DNA of 64,000 nucleotides from Rhizophagus irregularis (Eukaryota): NCBI RefSeq assembly GCF_026210795.1, contig NC_089429.1, positions 4,588,001 to 4,652,000 of the forward strand, read 5' to 3'. Shown piece by piece: positions 13,981 to 26,561 of this stretch (position 1 is its first letter; each line of letters starts with the position of its first letter). The notes under the pieces were generated by a model. It saw only the letters and a program-made list of their open reading frames with translations, ran no database searches and was not told where the DNA came from. The position numbers and the translations under genes were made by a program.

Positions 13981-14425
13981 GAATATTCTAACCAAATAAA
14001 GGTTAATATTTTTCGGGTCACATTTTCCGTTGCATTGAACTGCATTAGGTGAAGTTACTAATGATAGGAAATTCTCGTATCAATAAATAAATTACCATAT
14101 TAATAAATGAAAAAAAAAATGTCAATGTATTAAGTATACTTTAAAACGAATATTCTAACCAATAAAGACTAAAATATTTTCGGTCACATTTTTCCGATGC
14201 ATTAGTGAAGTTTCTAATGATAGGAAATTCCGTATCAATAAATAAATGGTCCATTATTACCCATAATAGGTGTAAGATTAAAATACAAAAATTACGATAA
14301 AAAATTATAGGTAGTGCTTTTTTTAAAAAAAGAATATTCTAACCAATAAAGATTAAAATTTTTCGGGTTACATTTTCCCGATGATAGGAAATTCCCGTAT
14401 CAATAATAAATGGTCCATTATTACT
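13981..14425. repeat. Three direct repeats upstream of the Sel1-kinase gene
   Basis: 'gaatattctaacc(a)aataaag...cacatttt(t)ccg...gataggaaatt(c)cgtatcaata' at about 13981, 14148 and 14332. Confidence 0.85.
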
Positions 14426-14909
14426 ATAACAGTGTGGTAGTGTATGATCCAGCAAAATTTTGGAAATCGGTAGAAGTTGATCATCGGAAATGACTTGATC
14501 ATTTGACCATTTTTCGAATTAGGGTTAAATGATTTCATTCCGTAAATAACCCAAATGCTAAATGATTGGATATCATTTTTGCATCCTTTGTCATTTGATC
14601 ATTTGTTATTAAAATACAGAAAGATCATTAGACAATTTAATTACATTATCACGTGATGTACAAAACTAAAGATATGTGTATATAAATCATAATCACCGCA
14701 CCAAATTAAGAACGGCTAGGGAGTTCAGCTCAATCAAGGTGGCCACCCCTTGTTCTGAAAAGGCAATCGGGTGTTGGTTATCAATTTTACATAGACTATT
14801 TTCGGCTTTACATATGTAGAGTTTGTATTCTTTACTGTAACCGGGTTCATTTTGTGAATTAAAAATAGAAATAAATTAAAAACTACACCAAATTATTTCT
14901 TTTTTTTTT

Positions 14910-15425
14910 AGCCTCCCCCTCAGATTTACCTTCCAAATGCACATGAAGAAAGGGCCCAAAAGGTTCTTCCTACAAAAAGAAACAAAAAAGAACGTTAATA
15001 AAATTAAATAACAAAATATTAAAGAAAAAAGCCCTCCTCAAATTTACCTTCAGATGCTCATTAAGAAGGGTCGCAGATCATCCGACAAAAAAGAAACAAA
15101 AGAAATTTAGTTGTAACCTCCTTAAACAAAACTACTAAGGAATACCTTCAAACGTTGTTCTGAAAGGTCCAATAGTCCAAAAAGTTAATTTTTACTACAC
15201 AAAGAAATAAAAAAAGTACGTTAACAACGTTCTTAAATCAAATTACTAAAGAAAACACACTCCTCTATTGAATTTACTTTTAACGTCCTGTTTCGGAAGG
15301 TTTAAATATTCAAATTTATTTCTACAAAAAAAAATCGAAAAGAACATATTAAATAATGATAAATAAATAAAATAAATAAATAAATAATAGTCTTACCTTT
15401 TCCCGCAAGAACCGAAAATCTATCG
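14910..15425 (-). repeat. Tandem micro-exon/intron array
   Basis: GTA donors at 14929, 15047, 15145, 15277 and 15396, with pyrimidine-tract TAG acceptors (one mutated), bounding 23-49 nt segments. No ORF. Confidence 0.55.
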
Positions 15426-16088
15426 TATATGATTCTAGTAGTATAGTAAGAAGGATACATTTGCAAATCTGCACCACTTATTTTGAATGTTACACCATTC
15501 TGGACGTTACACTCATTACGAACATTACACCACTTATGACTAGTTGTAAAATTACGGCAATAACTTACAACTTTATCGACATACGGTTATAACCTTCACT
15601 TATTGCAACTATTACCATTTACCTAATCAACAGTACATAAATTTTTAATTAATATTTGCAAATTTATTGAAATACAATAAAAAAAAATATGTTTCATTTA
15701 ACAAATTTTTCTTTCAGTATGAAATTTCAAAAAAATAATAAAATATTTAACTGAACCGTTCATACTGTACTGTATCTTAAACATTTATTATAAAAATTGT
15801 TATCATGCTAAAAGTTTTTTAAAAAAAAGATTGGAAAAAGAAAAGTTTGCATTTATCTTTACAACAATACTAAATTCATATTTAGGGATTGAATATAATA
15901 GATTTAAAAAACTTAACTAAAGATTAGTCTTCAATTATGTTAAATTTATCGACCTTCATGTTATATAGAATTTTATTTATTGAAAATGTTAAATACTACA
16001 TGGCTGTCACTAATTAAAAAACAATATAAAATAATAACTTGCCAAAATTTTCGCGTAAAAACTTAAGCGAGACTATTAATCCATTTAT

Positions 16089-18418
16089 TTAGTGTGTATG
16101 ACCACAAGAGTTGCATTCCTTTCTGTTAAATATACCTGGTCGAAATGTAATACAACCACAGCTACAAACACGTGGATTCCAACGTGATGCGGAAGTTGCT
16201 GAACCTTGAGGTATAAATGAAGAACTTGATGCTTTTTGAGGTATATTTGGAGGCATACTTTGAAGTGTAGATGTATGAGAACTTGGTGCTTTTTGAGGTA
16301 TATTTGAAAATATACTTTGAGGTTTAGATATATGAGAACTTATTGAAGAACTTGATGCTTTTTGAGGTATATTTGGAAGCATACTTTGAAGTGTAGATGT
16401 ATGAGAACTTGATGCTTTTTGATGTATGGGTATATTAATACTTTGAGATGATTTTGATGCAGAAGTTATTGGGCTTTGAGGTGAACTTTTTGCTGAATTA
16501 TCTAGAAGCTCTTTTAACTCATTAAGCCAGGTAAGATCATGATCTTTTTGGAGTAAGGCATAAGGTTTCACTCCATAAGGCCATGATATTGTTGGATTCA
16601 TTGACAGTGGATACCTATCTTGATTGTGAACTCCGCACCAATCGAAGTCAATAAGTTTTGCTCGCTGACATCCATCTATTTCATCAACCAGAATGTTTGG
16701 TGTTCGAAGATCCGCAAACACTAAGTTCTTGTCATGTAGCAGTTTAATAGATTCCTTCACATCAGCATAAATATTATTTTTAGTTTTGATCTCGCCTCTA
16801 TTGAATTTCCGTGCAAGTGAAATACCATCAATATATTCCATGATAATCATTTTATATCCCCCCAATCTCTTGGCTTCTTCTTCATCACTGTAATACAACA
16901 GTTCCGGAGCATAATTTTTTTTCGCACAAATAATGTGTGCTTTAGCATTGTATTTAAGCGCAAATTTCACAACAATCATTTTGTTATTATCGTCTCTCAT
17001 AGCCTTCCAGATAGGTCTTGAATGGTCATCCAATATTTCGCATATGTAGGTAAAAGAAAAAGCATTCTTCCCGAATCCAGCCTGTTGAATATAAGGGAAA
17101 ACCCGCCGGTCTGATGGTAATGATGATAATTCCACCTTCTGGTAAAAAGAGGTAAGGTGGTCAAAAGCAATATCTAGTGCCTGAAAAAGGCGAGCAATTC
17201 GCATCACTTGTACATCATTTCGTAGATTGACTGTAAATGGAATGGTATCTGTTAGTGGCTGGACTACTACCCTATTAAGAAAGACAGCTCCAAGAACACA
17301 AAACCATGGGCCAGCTACGGTGATAATTAAGGATGGAACGCAACAGCTATTTCGAATTTCTTGAGCCTGAATAGAAGATATCAATTGCCATATGAACATA
17401 ATAATAATAAGTTTTGTACCAATTGAGGAATTAAAATTAAAACATACACGATGCTGAGACCAGTGGTCTCTATAATAAATTGCCCCTTGAATGCTGGGAT
17501 CACATCCACCTGATCCAACCTCGTTCTTTCCTTCGATGAACGCGATGTAAGCGGTGAGTTTGTTTTTTATTTTACACATAAATACTCCATCACAGCTGTG
17601 GCCTATCCCTGACTTATCCTGGTATTCTATCAAGTCTATGGTCCATTTTTTCGAAAGGATATCTCTTATTTTTTCCAAACGTTCATCTTCGGTATCATAA
17701 AATTCTGCTGCTGCAAATATGAAATCTGTGATCCAGTTAAAAATGTCAGGAGATATTTCCAAATTCACATCCTCAAAATTTTCGAGAAATTCACTAAAAG
17801 CCCTATGGTAAAGGGTGATAGGAGGACCAATGAGATCAAGCGGTCGACCATTAAGGATTGGATTTTTCTTTTGATCTACGGAGAAACGATTTGGCTTGGC
17901 ACTAGTAGAGGGTGGTTCTGCCTCAAGGCTATTTTTAACAGTATCCATATATTCTGTGATAAAGAAAAAAGAAATTAGTCACAGATTTCAACTTATATAC
18001 CTTGAAAAGGATGAAAGGAGAACCTTTTTTTCGCTTTAATTTTCTACTTTCATCTATCAGTAGCTGAAGATCTTCCAGCTCCTCAATTATTCCCTCTACC
18101 CCTTCTGCTGTAATGTGAATGTGTTTTTGGGCGGGTTTGACGATAAGAAGCAGGAAAAAAGCACAAGAATAAGTAAGTATTCGGAATTTTGGTGAATACG
18201 ACAGCGCACACAACACAATGATGAAACATACTAGGCGTGGATAATAATGATAAAGACTTCAAGTAAACCCGCCTATCACCATCCGTTGTAAAGTTAGGAA
18301 GAAAAGATACGATTTTTTGTACGTTATGAGTGAAGTATTGGACTAAACTGATTTGTTCTTTTGGAGTGAAACCAAGACGATTAATTTCTGTTGTAAGAGT
18401 ATGCAGTGCCTCATCCAT
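16089..18418 (-). CDS. Crinkler-type effector-like protein: helical header + PD-(D/E)xK REase-like domain + kinase-fold domain + Ser-rich repeats + C-terminal Cys/His motif; 4 exons (18418-18232, 18107-18024, 17953-17448, 17366-16089), about 684 aa
   Basis: Three GT-AG introns with compatible phases join ORFs 18083..18418, 17935..18216 and 16089..17948. REase motif SCDG...FIEGKNEVG...DPSIQ; kinase motifs VVKF, FADLRTPNIL and IDFDW. Confidence 0.8.
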
Positions 18419-18637
18419 TTTAGTATTACTAATTGCTTAATCCGAGAAAAAATTTTTTTTTTGGGGATCAATGGATGTGAGAAATCGATCGTCGCACAGA
18501 TTGATTTTGACATTTTGATTGATAAGTTACACAATTGCTTTACTGAAACCCTAAAATTTCAAACATCTTAACGACCCCATTACTACTACTATGATTCCAT
18601 TGAAATGCATGAAATTTTTTGGAGTGCTACGAACAGT

Positions 18638-18855
18638 ACGAAAAGGTGTAGAGTAGTGCCCCCGTGGTGAGTAGAGTATAACGAGGATGTGACATTATAC
18701 TCAAGTGATAAATAAACATCTCGGCCAAAGCTCGGCCCAGCGGTTTGGCCGGGTGACTATTCATCACTTTCGTATGTTTCGCACCTTTATGTTACACTCT
18801 GCCAAATGTCACCATACTCTACTCACCACGGGGGCCCTACTCTACACCTTTTCGT
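18638..18855. mobile_element. MITE with about 42-bp terminal inverted repeats
   Basis: acgaaaaggtgtagagtagtgcccccgtggtgagtagagtat at left and its reverse complement (1 mismatch) ending at 18855. No clear TSD. Confidence 0.8.
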
Positions 18856-18985
18856 CTTACCGAATTTTTTGCTAATACTTTTTTACCAAATACTATCCTA
18901 AATTTGTAAAAAACCGGCATCATATTTATTATTTATATACTCATTGAACTACAAAAAAAAAAAAAAAAAAAAAAAAAATGTTAAA

Positions 18986-20397
18986 ATGACGAGAGGATAT
19001 TCGTTAGAAAAAGATTTAAGATTATTAATAAATAATCCAAAGTACAGTGACAGAAATTTTATGTAAAGATGAAAAGAAATTTTATGGTTGTAGAGTAATT
19101 TTAGCAGCAAGATCAGAAGTATTTGATAGATTACTTTATAATGGGATGAAAGAAAGTTATGAAAATAAAATTTCTTTTCCAAAGATTAATTCCGTTGGAA
19201 TGGAAATTGTATTAGAATATACTTATACGGGATCAATTAAAGAAGAATCTTTATCAAAAGATAATATAATTGAGGCATTTTATGCTGCGGAATATCTTCA
19301 ATTACTAGGCCTTCAGGATTTTATTATGAAAGTTTTCAAAAATATATTAGAAAAAAATCAAACAGAAAATTATTCACCAGAATTATTATCTAAATTTGCA
19401 AGTAAAATGCCATTAACAGAGAATAATATACTTTTAAATTTGTCGGTTGAAGCGGTAGCTACTATTCCATTAAATACCGTTGAATTTGGTCGATTATCTA
19501 TTGCAGGACTTCAATATCTTTTAGTTTGTACATATGAAAAAGAAAGACCTTTTGCGACCCCAGAATACGAAGTTTTCCGATATAGTGCTATTCTTGCTGC
19601 AAAGCAAGTTTCTAATGATGCATATAAAACTCTTATTGAACGGTCAATCTTAGAAAAAATAGAACAAATAGAAAACTCTGTACAATTAGAAAATAAAAAT
19701 AAATTTATTACCGGTCAACAAAAAGTTGCTAAAGAATTGGAACCTTTAGTTGAATTTATTGATTTCAAACGAATTCATGGTCAAGCATTAGTTGATATCA
19801 TCGAACCATTAGAAATTGTCCCAGCTAAAATAATTGTAAATGTTTATCGACATAATACAATATCCAATAATTCCAATAGAACTTATTTTCGAGGAATACC
19901 CATAACAAATTGTACCAATTATGTTTGGGATGAGTCAGCATGTGGATCAAAACTTATAATTGAGGATAATGGAAAAACTGTACATGCACAAATGGTCTTA
20001 GTTCACACTAAAGTGTTAGAGCTAAAATGATATTAGAAAATAATGGTATTTATGAATGGGATGTTATTATTGAGAAAGTTTGTTCATGGTCTTGGGTTGG
20101 AGTAGCATCAGAAAATTTAAATTATGAAGATTTTGCAGGACTAGATGGGTATTAGGTTTCAATGGTTATTGTTACAATTCTGGAAATCGTATAAACAATC
20201 ACTGTCCATCATTCGGAGATGGTGTAATGATAACTATTCACTTAGATATGAACAGAAAAACTTGCGCTTTTACAGTTAATGGAACAAAGTATCAAGAGGT
20301 ACCAACATGGAATAATTTACCATCAAGACTTTATCCAGTAGCATCATTAACCTACCCTGGTCGATATCGAATTCAACCTCATAAAAAAAATATTTAA
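18986..20397 (+). pseudogene. BTB-BACK-SPRY paralog with frameshifts
   Basis: Starts MTRGYSLEKDL and ends HKKNI* like the intact copies, but has indels at about 19051, 19988 and 20140 relative to them. Confidence 0.85.
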
Positions 20398-21340
20398 TTG
20401 CGGAGATTTTAAAATAAATAAATTTTGCTCATTATTTTTATAACTATAAAATTTAGTAAAACAAGATTTAATTCATGACAAGAAAAAAAATATACTTAGG
20501 TCGTTTAGTTATTTTATCGTTTGAGTCATTTAAAATATAATGCTGTATAGATTTATATTATCACATGACAAATTTTAACTTCAAAACTGTATAAATAAAT
20601 TTTGGCCAGAATTAAGATCATAGCTTAGTTGCTTTGTCATCATTTATGACCCAAATTGACATGTGACTAATGACCATGTCTTTTCAAGTCAATTAAATGC
20701 CTAGAATGTTTTAATAGCTTTATTGAGTTTGACTGTTAATAAACTGATTATTATTCAAAACAAATGTTTTTTGATGTATAGTATAGAGTTTGGAAATCAT
20801 TTCTCAGTAATTTTACAAAAAAAATATTTTTTAACATTTTAGTGATGCAACGCCCTTAACTAAAATACTATTGTAAAATTCGAAAATTTTTATTTTGCAC
20901 TAAATAAAAACCCTGAAATTTTATTAGCTAAAGTAATTATTATATAAAAAGTCAAAATTTGTTATCATTACAATAAAAATATATGTATAAATATGCAGTA
21001 GACATTTTTGGCCCGCATTATAGAATTATATTTAATTATGGCCAAAGGATGATACAGGCCCCTGAACTCGAAATTATCAATTAATAAAAAATTTTTTTTA
21101 ATTAATTAAACATTAGCCACAATTAAACTTGATTAGATAATGTTTGATTAAATTCTCAATTGTCTAATTGTCCAATATCCAATTATTAATGATCAAAAAA
21201 CCATTACAATAATTTTTTCAATTTTTTTTGTTAATTCTGAGATTTTTTTCGTTGTGGCGTAGTTATAGAAACAGCAAGATTATATTACTAGATTATATTT
21301 GCTGCGCCAAAATATAAAAAAATTCGATTTATTGGGACTC

Positions 21341-21475
21341 AAAAGGTTTGTGCTAAATTTGTGCCAAACGGGCTAATCATACGATATTTGTTTGAATTTT
21401 ATATTATTTTTAGTACAAATTTGAATAAATGTTGCATGACTAGCCCGTTTGGCACAAATTTAGCACAAACCTTTT
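21341..21475. mobile_element. Small MITE/foldback with about 40-bp inverted repeats
   Basis: aaaaggtttgtgctaaatttgtgccaaacgggcta... pairs with ...tagcccgtttggcacaaatttagcacaaacctttt. Confidence 0.8.
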
Positions 21476-21678
21476 TTATAGGGCGATTTTTAGATTCGAT
21501 TAATCAATTATATTAGATATGATTCAATTTTCGATTAAATCAATTTTAGTCGAATCGATTCCAATCACTGGTTCCATTTTCGAAAACGGATTTAAAATGG
21601 GTTCAAAACCCGATTGAAATTGAATAACTGATTTGCGTATATTTGATAATTCTGGCCAGAATTAAATGTGACCTATTA

Positions 21679-22225
21679 CCGATCATCAAAAAGTTGGGAA
21701 CCTTTAGTTGAATTTATTGATTTCTGATCAAGCCACTAGAAATTGTCCCAGATAAAATAATTTTAAATATTTATTTACATAATACAAATCAAATAATTTC
21801 AATTTAAATGATACTCGGGGAACAACTAATGAATCTGATTATGTTTGGGGTGAGCCAACATGTGTTATAATTGAAACGTTGTACACGCAACATCAAGTGA
21901 AGCATGGCAAAATGTTAGAGCTAAATTGTTATTAGATAAAGGCATTTTTGAATGGGACGCTATTATTGAAAAAGCTTGCTGTTAGTCTTGGGTTGTGAGT
22001 ACTATGTGCGCCAGAAAATTTTAATTTCGAGGATTTTGCAGGAAAACAACTTACTGGATGGGTAGATTATTGAAAATGGCCAAAGTTGCAGTTCATTTAG
22101 ACATGAATAGAAGAACTTGTGCTTTTACAGTCAATGGTACGTATCCAGAAGTATCAGCGTGGAATAATCTACCATCAAAGCTTTACCCAGTAGCATCATT
22201 AATTTTTCCCGGCCACTTTCAGTTC
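21679..22225 (+). pseudogene. Degenerate 3' half (SPRY part) of a BTB-SPRY paralog
   Basis: Nucleotide similarity from gatcatcaaaaagtt...gaatttattgatttc to VHLDMNRRTCAFTVNG...WNNLPSKLYPVASL, with many indels and stops. Confidence 0.85.
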
Positions 22226-22637
22226 AAAGAATGCTTGAAATTTTGTGGAATAAAAATTATTTCCACGCAGTATAAATGAGAACTTGGGTATTTAAAAGCG
22301 TTTAAGATCTATACTAAAATTATTTCAATGGAGAATTATTTGAAGCAATACATATTAAGTTACTGTATTACCGCAACCTGTAGCATTTATTATTTATAAT
22401 TAAAATAAAGAAAGCAAAAAAAAAAAGAAAAATTTGATAGTATTATTTACGATGAAAATTTAATTTCTAAGCTTGTAGAAAATGATAAAACATCTTTATT
22501 TAATACATCCTATTTCGTTTTATACAATAATTTTATTACAAATATGAAATATTCCTGATTTGATAATTACGAATTAGTGTTGTGATGAGATTTTTGTACG
22601 GGTATGAAATTGATGAATGACTGATTTGTTTTATAAT

Positions 22638-22810
22638 TCACCCTTGGCTCATTGGTTAGTCCGTGAGTCCCCTCGTGAAGCCTGAGCATGGTGAGGTCGC
22701 AGGTTCGATTCCACCGATCACAGAAATTAAAAGAATTTTACTGCGGACACTACTACCAATAGTGTGAAGGTACAGGGATTAGTGTAGGCTGGACTGCATC
22801 ATTCAATAAT
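22638..22810 (+). mobile_element. tRNA-derived SINE-like element
   Basis: Pol III A-box TGGCTCATTGG (22645-22655) and B-box GGTTCGATTCC (22702-22712). No acceptor stem for a cloverleaf; followed by an unrelated tail of about 100 bp. Confidence 0.65.
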
Positions 22811-23696
22811 GTAAAAATGATATTTAAATTTAAGGAATGTTAAAATTGTTGTTTGAACAAAATCAATCAATAATGAATTAGTCAACTGCAGAAATCAAAT
22901 GTCATAAACAAAAGAACTAAGAAATCTAATTAAACACAAGAAATCTTTATATATAAAATCTTGAGTCACTTGGCTCGGTCGACATTGATTTAATAGATAT
23001 GGTCATATGGCCTTTGACTATATTTAGGTTGTCCATAATTAAAGATAACAGTTTGACCATTATATCATAGACTATAACATTTAAATTCCTTAAATATTTT
23101 TTCGATAATTCTATATTTCTCCATTTATTTTCTATCTAACATATCAAACAAAAGATATACTTTATTAGGTATATAATAAATATAATAAAGCTATATAATT
23201 ATTTGCTGTCAGTGTGGAAAGTATTTTTTTAGTTTAGGAAATATAATTTTGATATAAATTCAAAAATTTTAAAATATCAGTCAGATGAAATAATATATAC
23301 TAGGTAACAGCAGGAACTATTGGAGCGTCCAAGGCGTTAAATCACATGATCATCATTTAAAATAAAAAAAAAGTATAAAAACTAATACTATCGATTATTT
23401 TTATCACGTATGATGTAAACAAAATCACATAACGTAGATTGGTATTTAAACGCGCGTGCGAACAGACAAGTATCTGGAATGGAGTGTACCTAATCATAAG
23501 TGTCCTACGCTTACGTCCCGGATAATTATTGATACAAAAGACATTCTAAACCGAAAAATTTATTCGTAAGATATAAATTTCTGAATTTTCCATTAATACT
23601 TTTATTCACAGTAATCTTGATTGGTATAATATTAGTTCCCATCATTGCCCAACTTGGATAAAAATAGTTGGTGAGATCGTGAGAAAAATCAATTTA

Positions 23697-24250
23697 TTAC
23701 AAATGACAAAATTATAATTTTTTTTTTCTCTTAAATAGTTGCACAGGTTGGCTTGGTGGCTAACCTTTCAAAAAATATGATGTCAGTAACTTAGCCACAC
23801 TGGCACCAAGTAAAGCCATCACATTCTCGTATTAATGTGCCTAAATATAACCATTAACTGTTAAAATTAAATCAAAGATGTGATTAGAAAAAAAAGTCTA
23901 GACCATTGATTTATTGATTTGTTACGATTGAATCAATTTATTACAAATGGCTAAATTACAATTTTTTTTTTCTCTTAAATAGTTGCACAGGTTGGCTTGG
24001 TGCCAAAAAAATGTAACTGAGCCACACTAGCACCAAGTAAAGCCATCACATGCTCGTATTACAAATGACAAAATTACAATTTTTTTTTTCTCTTAAATAG
24101 TTGCACAGGTTGGCTTGGTGCCAAAAAAATGTAACTGAGCCACACTAGCACCAAGTAAAGCCATCACATGCTCGTATTAATGTGCATAAATATAACCATT
24201 AAATCAAAGATGCGATTAGAAAAAGCCTAGACCATTGATTTGTTACGATT
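23697..24250. repeat. Three direct repeats upstream of the secreted-protein gene
   Basis: 'ttacaaatg...ctcttaaatagttgcacaggttggcttggtg...gcaccaagtaaagccatcaca' at about 23697, 23941 and 24059. The last two are a near-identical tandem duplication of about 118 bp. Confidence 0.9.
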
Positions 24251-24754
24251 GGGGCTTAAGAACATTAAGGCTGATACACACCAACCATGATTATAATTAA
24301 CTTTTACCACGATTTGAGGCTTTAGTATATTAAGGGAGACTGAAATTGGCCCTTAATTAACCAAGCGTGAACGCGAAATACCTTCCTTTATAAAAGAAAA
24401 CTAAAAAATTACAAATTTGAATCACGTATTAATTATGAGCTATCAGGCCACGTATGATATGCAGCATTAAAATTGGCTTAGTGATCGTACACGTTGAATA
24501 TTCTGAAAATACAATTAGGCTATGCCACACCTTTTTCAAATTTCACCATTTTTTATAAATACTCTCCTAAAACTTTTTCCTTAAAATTCCAAGGCAAACA
24601 ACCATTTTTTTAGCCTTACAAACAAAAAGTTACAGATTTTTCTAATCAAATTTAAACTTTCAAGTAAAATAAGTAAGTCTTTTAATAATGTTAATTTAAT
24701 ATAATCGAAATTAAGATAAATGTCTTTTTATTTTACAAATTTCTCAACTTGTAG

Positions 24755-25063
24755 ATGATGCTTTTCAAGTTTATTTTTGTCTTGTTGATTGCTCAACTTG
24801 CATCAGCATTCTACTTTGAGGCATGGTCACAACCAAACTATCACGGTGCTGCCAAGACTTACACTCATAGAGGAACTTTTAGACCTGGCTATACCATTAA
24901 ATCTTACAAATGGGATAGTCCTATTTGGGATGATTGTTGTGTTAGGATGTGCAATGGCAATAGAAATGTTGGTTATTATTGTAGTTCTCATAGCAGTGGT
25001 CAACCAAGCGCTAATTTCAACAAAGTTGTTATTGGATGTGGTAATGAACAGCTAATTTGTTAA
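24755..25063 (+). CDS. Small secreted Cys-rich protein (102 aa), candidate effector
   Basis: Signal peptide MMLFKFIFVLLIAQLASA and 6 Cys. Probable 5'-UTR intron 24673-24754 (GTAAGT...TTGTAG) ends immediately before the ATG. Confidence 0.85.
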   Translation: MMLFKFIFVLLIAQLASAFYFEAWSQPNYHGAAKTYTHRGTFRPGYTIKSYKWDSPIWDDCCVRMCNGNRNVGYYCSSHSSGQPSANFNKVVIGCGNEQLIC

Positions 25064-25731
25064 TTGATAAATATTCTCGTTATGTATTAATAGTAATAAA
25101 TAAAATTTAGTTATATACAAAAATTTTTCTTTGTTCTTAAATGGCAGATCGGGCATTTAATTGTATAAAGTATGTTTTTTTATAGACCGAACCTCTAATT
25201 AAATACAAAACCACGCGATTAGTAAGAACTGAATGCATTCGTAACGATTTTGATCTGTACGTGTCTCAATAAAATAAAATCAATTTCCTCTTCTCTCGTA
25301 TGGTATCCGATCTTTGAACCAATATTTTTGAATGAATCAAAAATTCCGCATGGATAAAGTCCTTAATTTAATCTCTTTAATCTCTTCATTATATTTTTCG
25401 AAAACTGTCATCTGCAGATATTTAATTACAAAACGGATATTTATGAATTTTAATATATTTGAATATTTTTATGTTTATTTTTTTTTTTATAAAGCTAAAT
25501 AAAAATTCAAAAATTAATCATGTTAAAATCTATAACATTAATATATTTGCGGTTGTCCTAAATAGATTGCAAACAGAAAGATCAAATATTTTAAAGTGAT
25601 ATTGGTAGCACGACAATATCATAAGCTTTTCCTCACGAACTTTCTTATAAAAAAAATATTCTATAATTTATCCTATTTTCAAACAAAAAAATTTATTATA
25701 ACTATTATTTAGAAATTTTCAATAATTTTAA

Positions 25732-26038
25732 GGCCACACAAATTCAATTTTTCGGTTCACGTAACATTGAAATTTAAAATCGACCCGGGGACCCGGGGTT
25801 TATTGTTTATTAGTAAAAAAAGTTTATATATAAAATCGTGACATCTGATTGGTTGACTTTTAAAAATGAGGAATTTATTTTCGCTCTAGAAGTTCTCAGC
25901 CGCGTGATAAACTTACCCGCCAATAAAAAAACGTCCTGATCACGTGATAAATTTTTTATATATAAACTTTTTTTTATTGAAATTTGAAAAAGTGACCCGG
26001 CCGGGTGAAGTGAACCGAAAATTCGAATTTGTGTGGCC
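25732..26038. mobile_element. PIF/Harbinger (Tourist-like) MITE
   Basis: TIR ggccacaca(a)attc...ttcggttcac at both ends; TAA target-site duplication at 25729-25731 and 26039-26041. Confidence 0.88.
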
Positions 26039-26561
26039 TAATAATGTTTACGAGAATTTATGAAACTTAAGAGATAAAAGTAACTTAAAAGATAAGTATC
26101 AGTTCTAAATACTTATTGTATAAAAACATATGCAATAAGTGTTTTATTATATAGACTCTCACGATCACACTATTAAATCAGTCACGAGTTAATTTATCGT
26201 CTATTTAAAGTTTTATTGTATAAAAATCTAATTTATTAATGTATTTGTAATGATTAAAACAGTATTCATTTATTATATATAAAGCTATTCAATAAATGTA
26301 AAAAAAATACAGTGTGAGTTGTGATTAATTTATTTTATAAATTGTTTGATTATTCACTTTAAATGTATTTTTAGAATAATGTAAAACTCATTTTTTTACG
26401 GCAAAATGATACGCTGTATCGTGATCAAAAAATAAAGCATATGAGATCATCCAATTCTGTGTACTCGTGCAATCATTTAAATTTGTAAAAAATCGACATA
26501 AAAGGAGTTATTTGTACCCACCACAAAAAAAAGAAAAAAAAATATTTTTTTTAAAAAAAAA

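Noticed and set aside
12159..13999. Plus-strand ORFs within the Sel1 gene
   Set aside because: Antisense shadows of the repeat array.
14910..15425. CRISPR-like repeat-spacer reading of the micro-exon arrays (also 39060-39460)
   Set aside because: The repeats are long, divergent and bounded by splice signals rather than short identical repeats.
22638..22720. Functional tRNA gene
   Set aside because: A and B boxes are present, but no acceptor-stem pairing or clear anticodon arm could be found.
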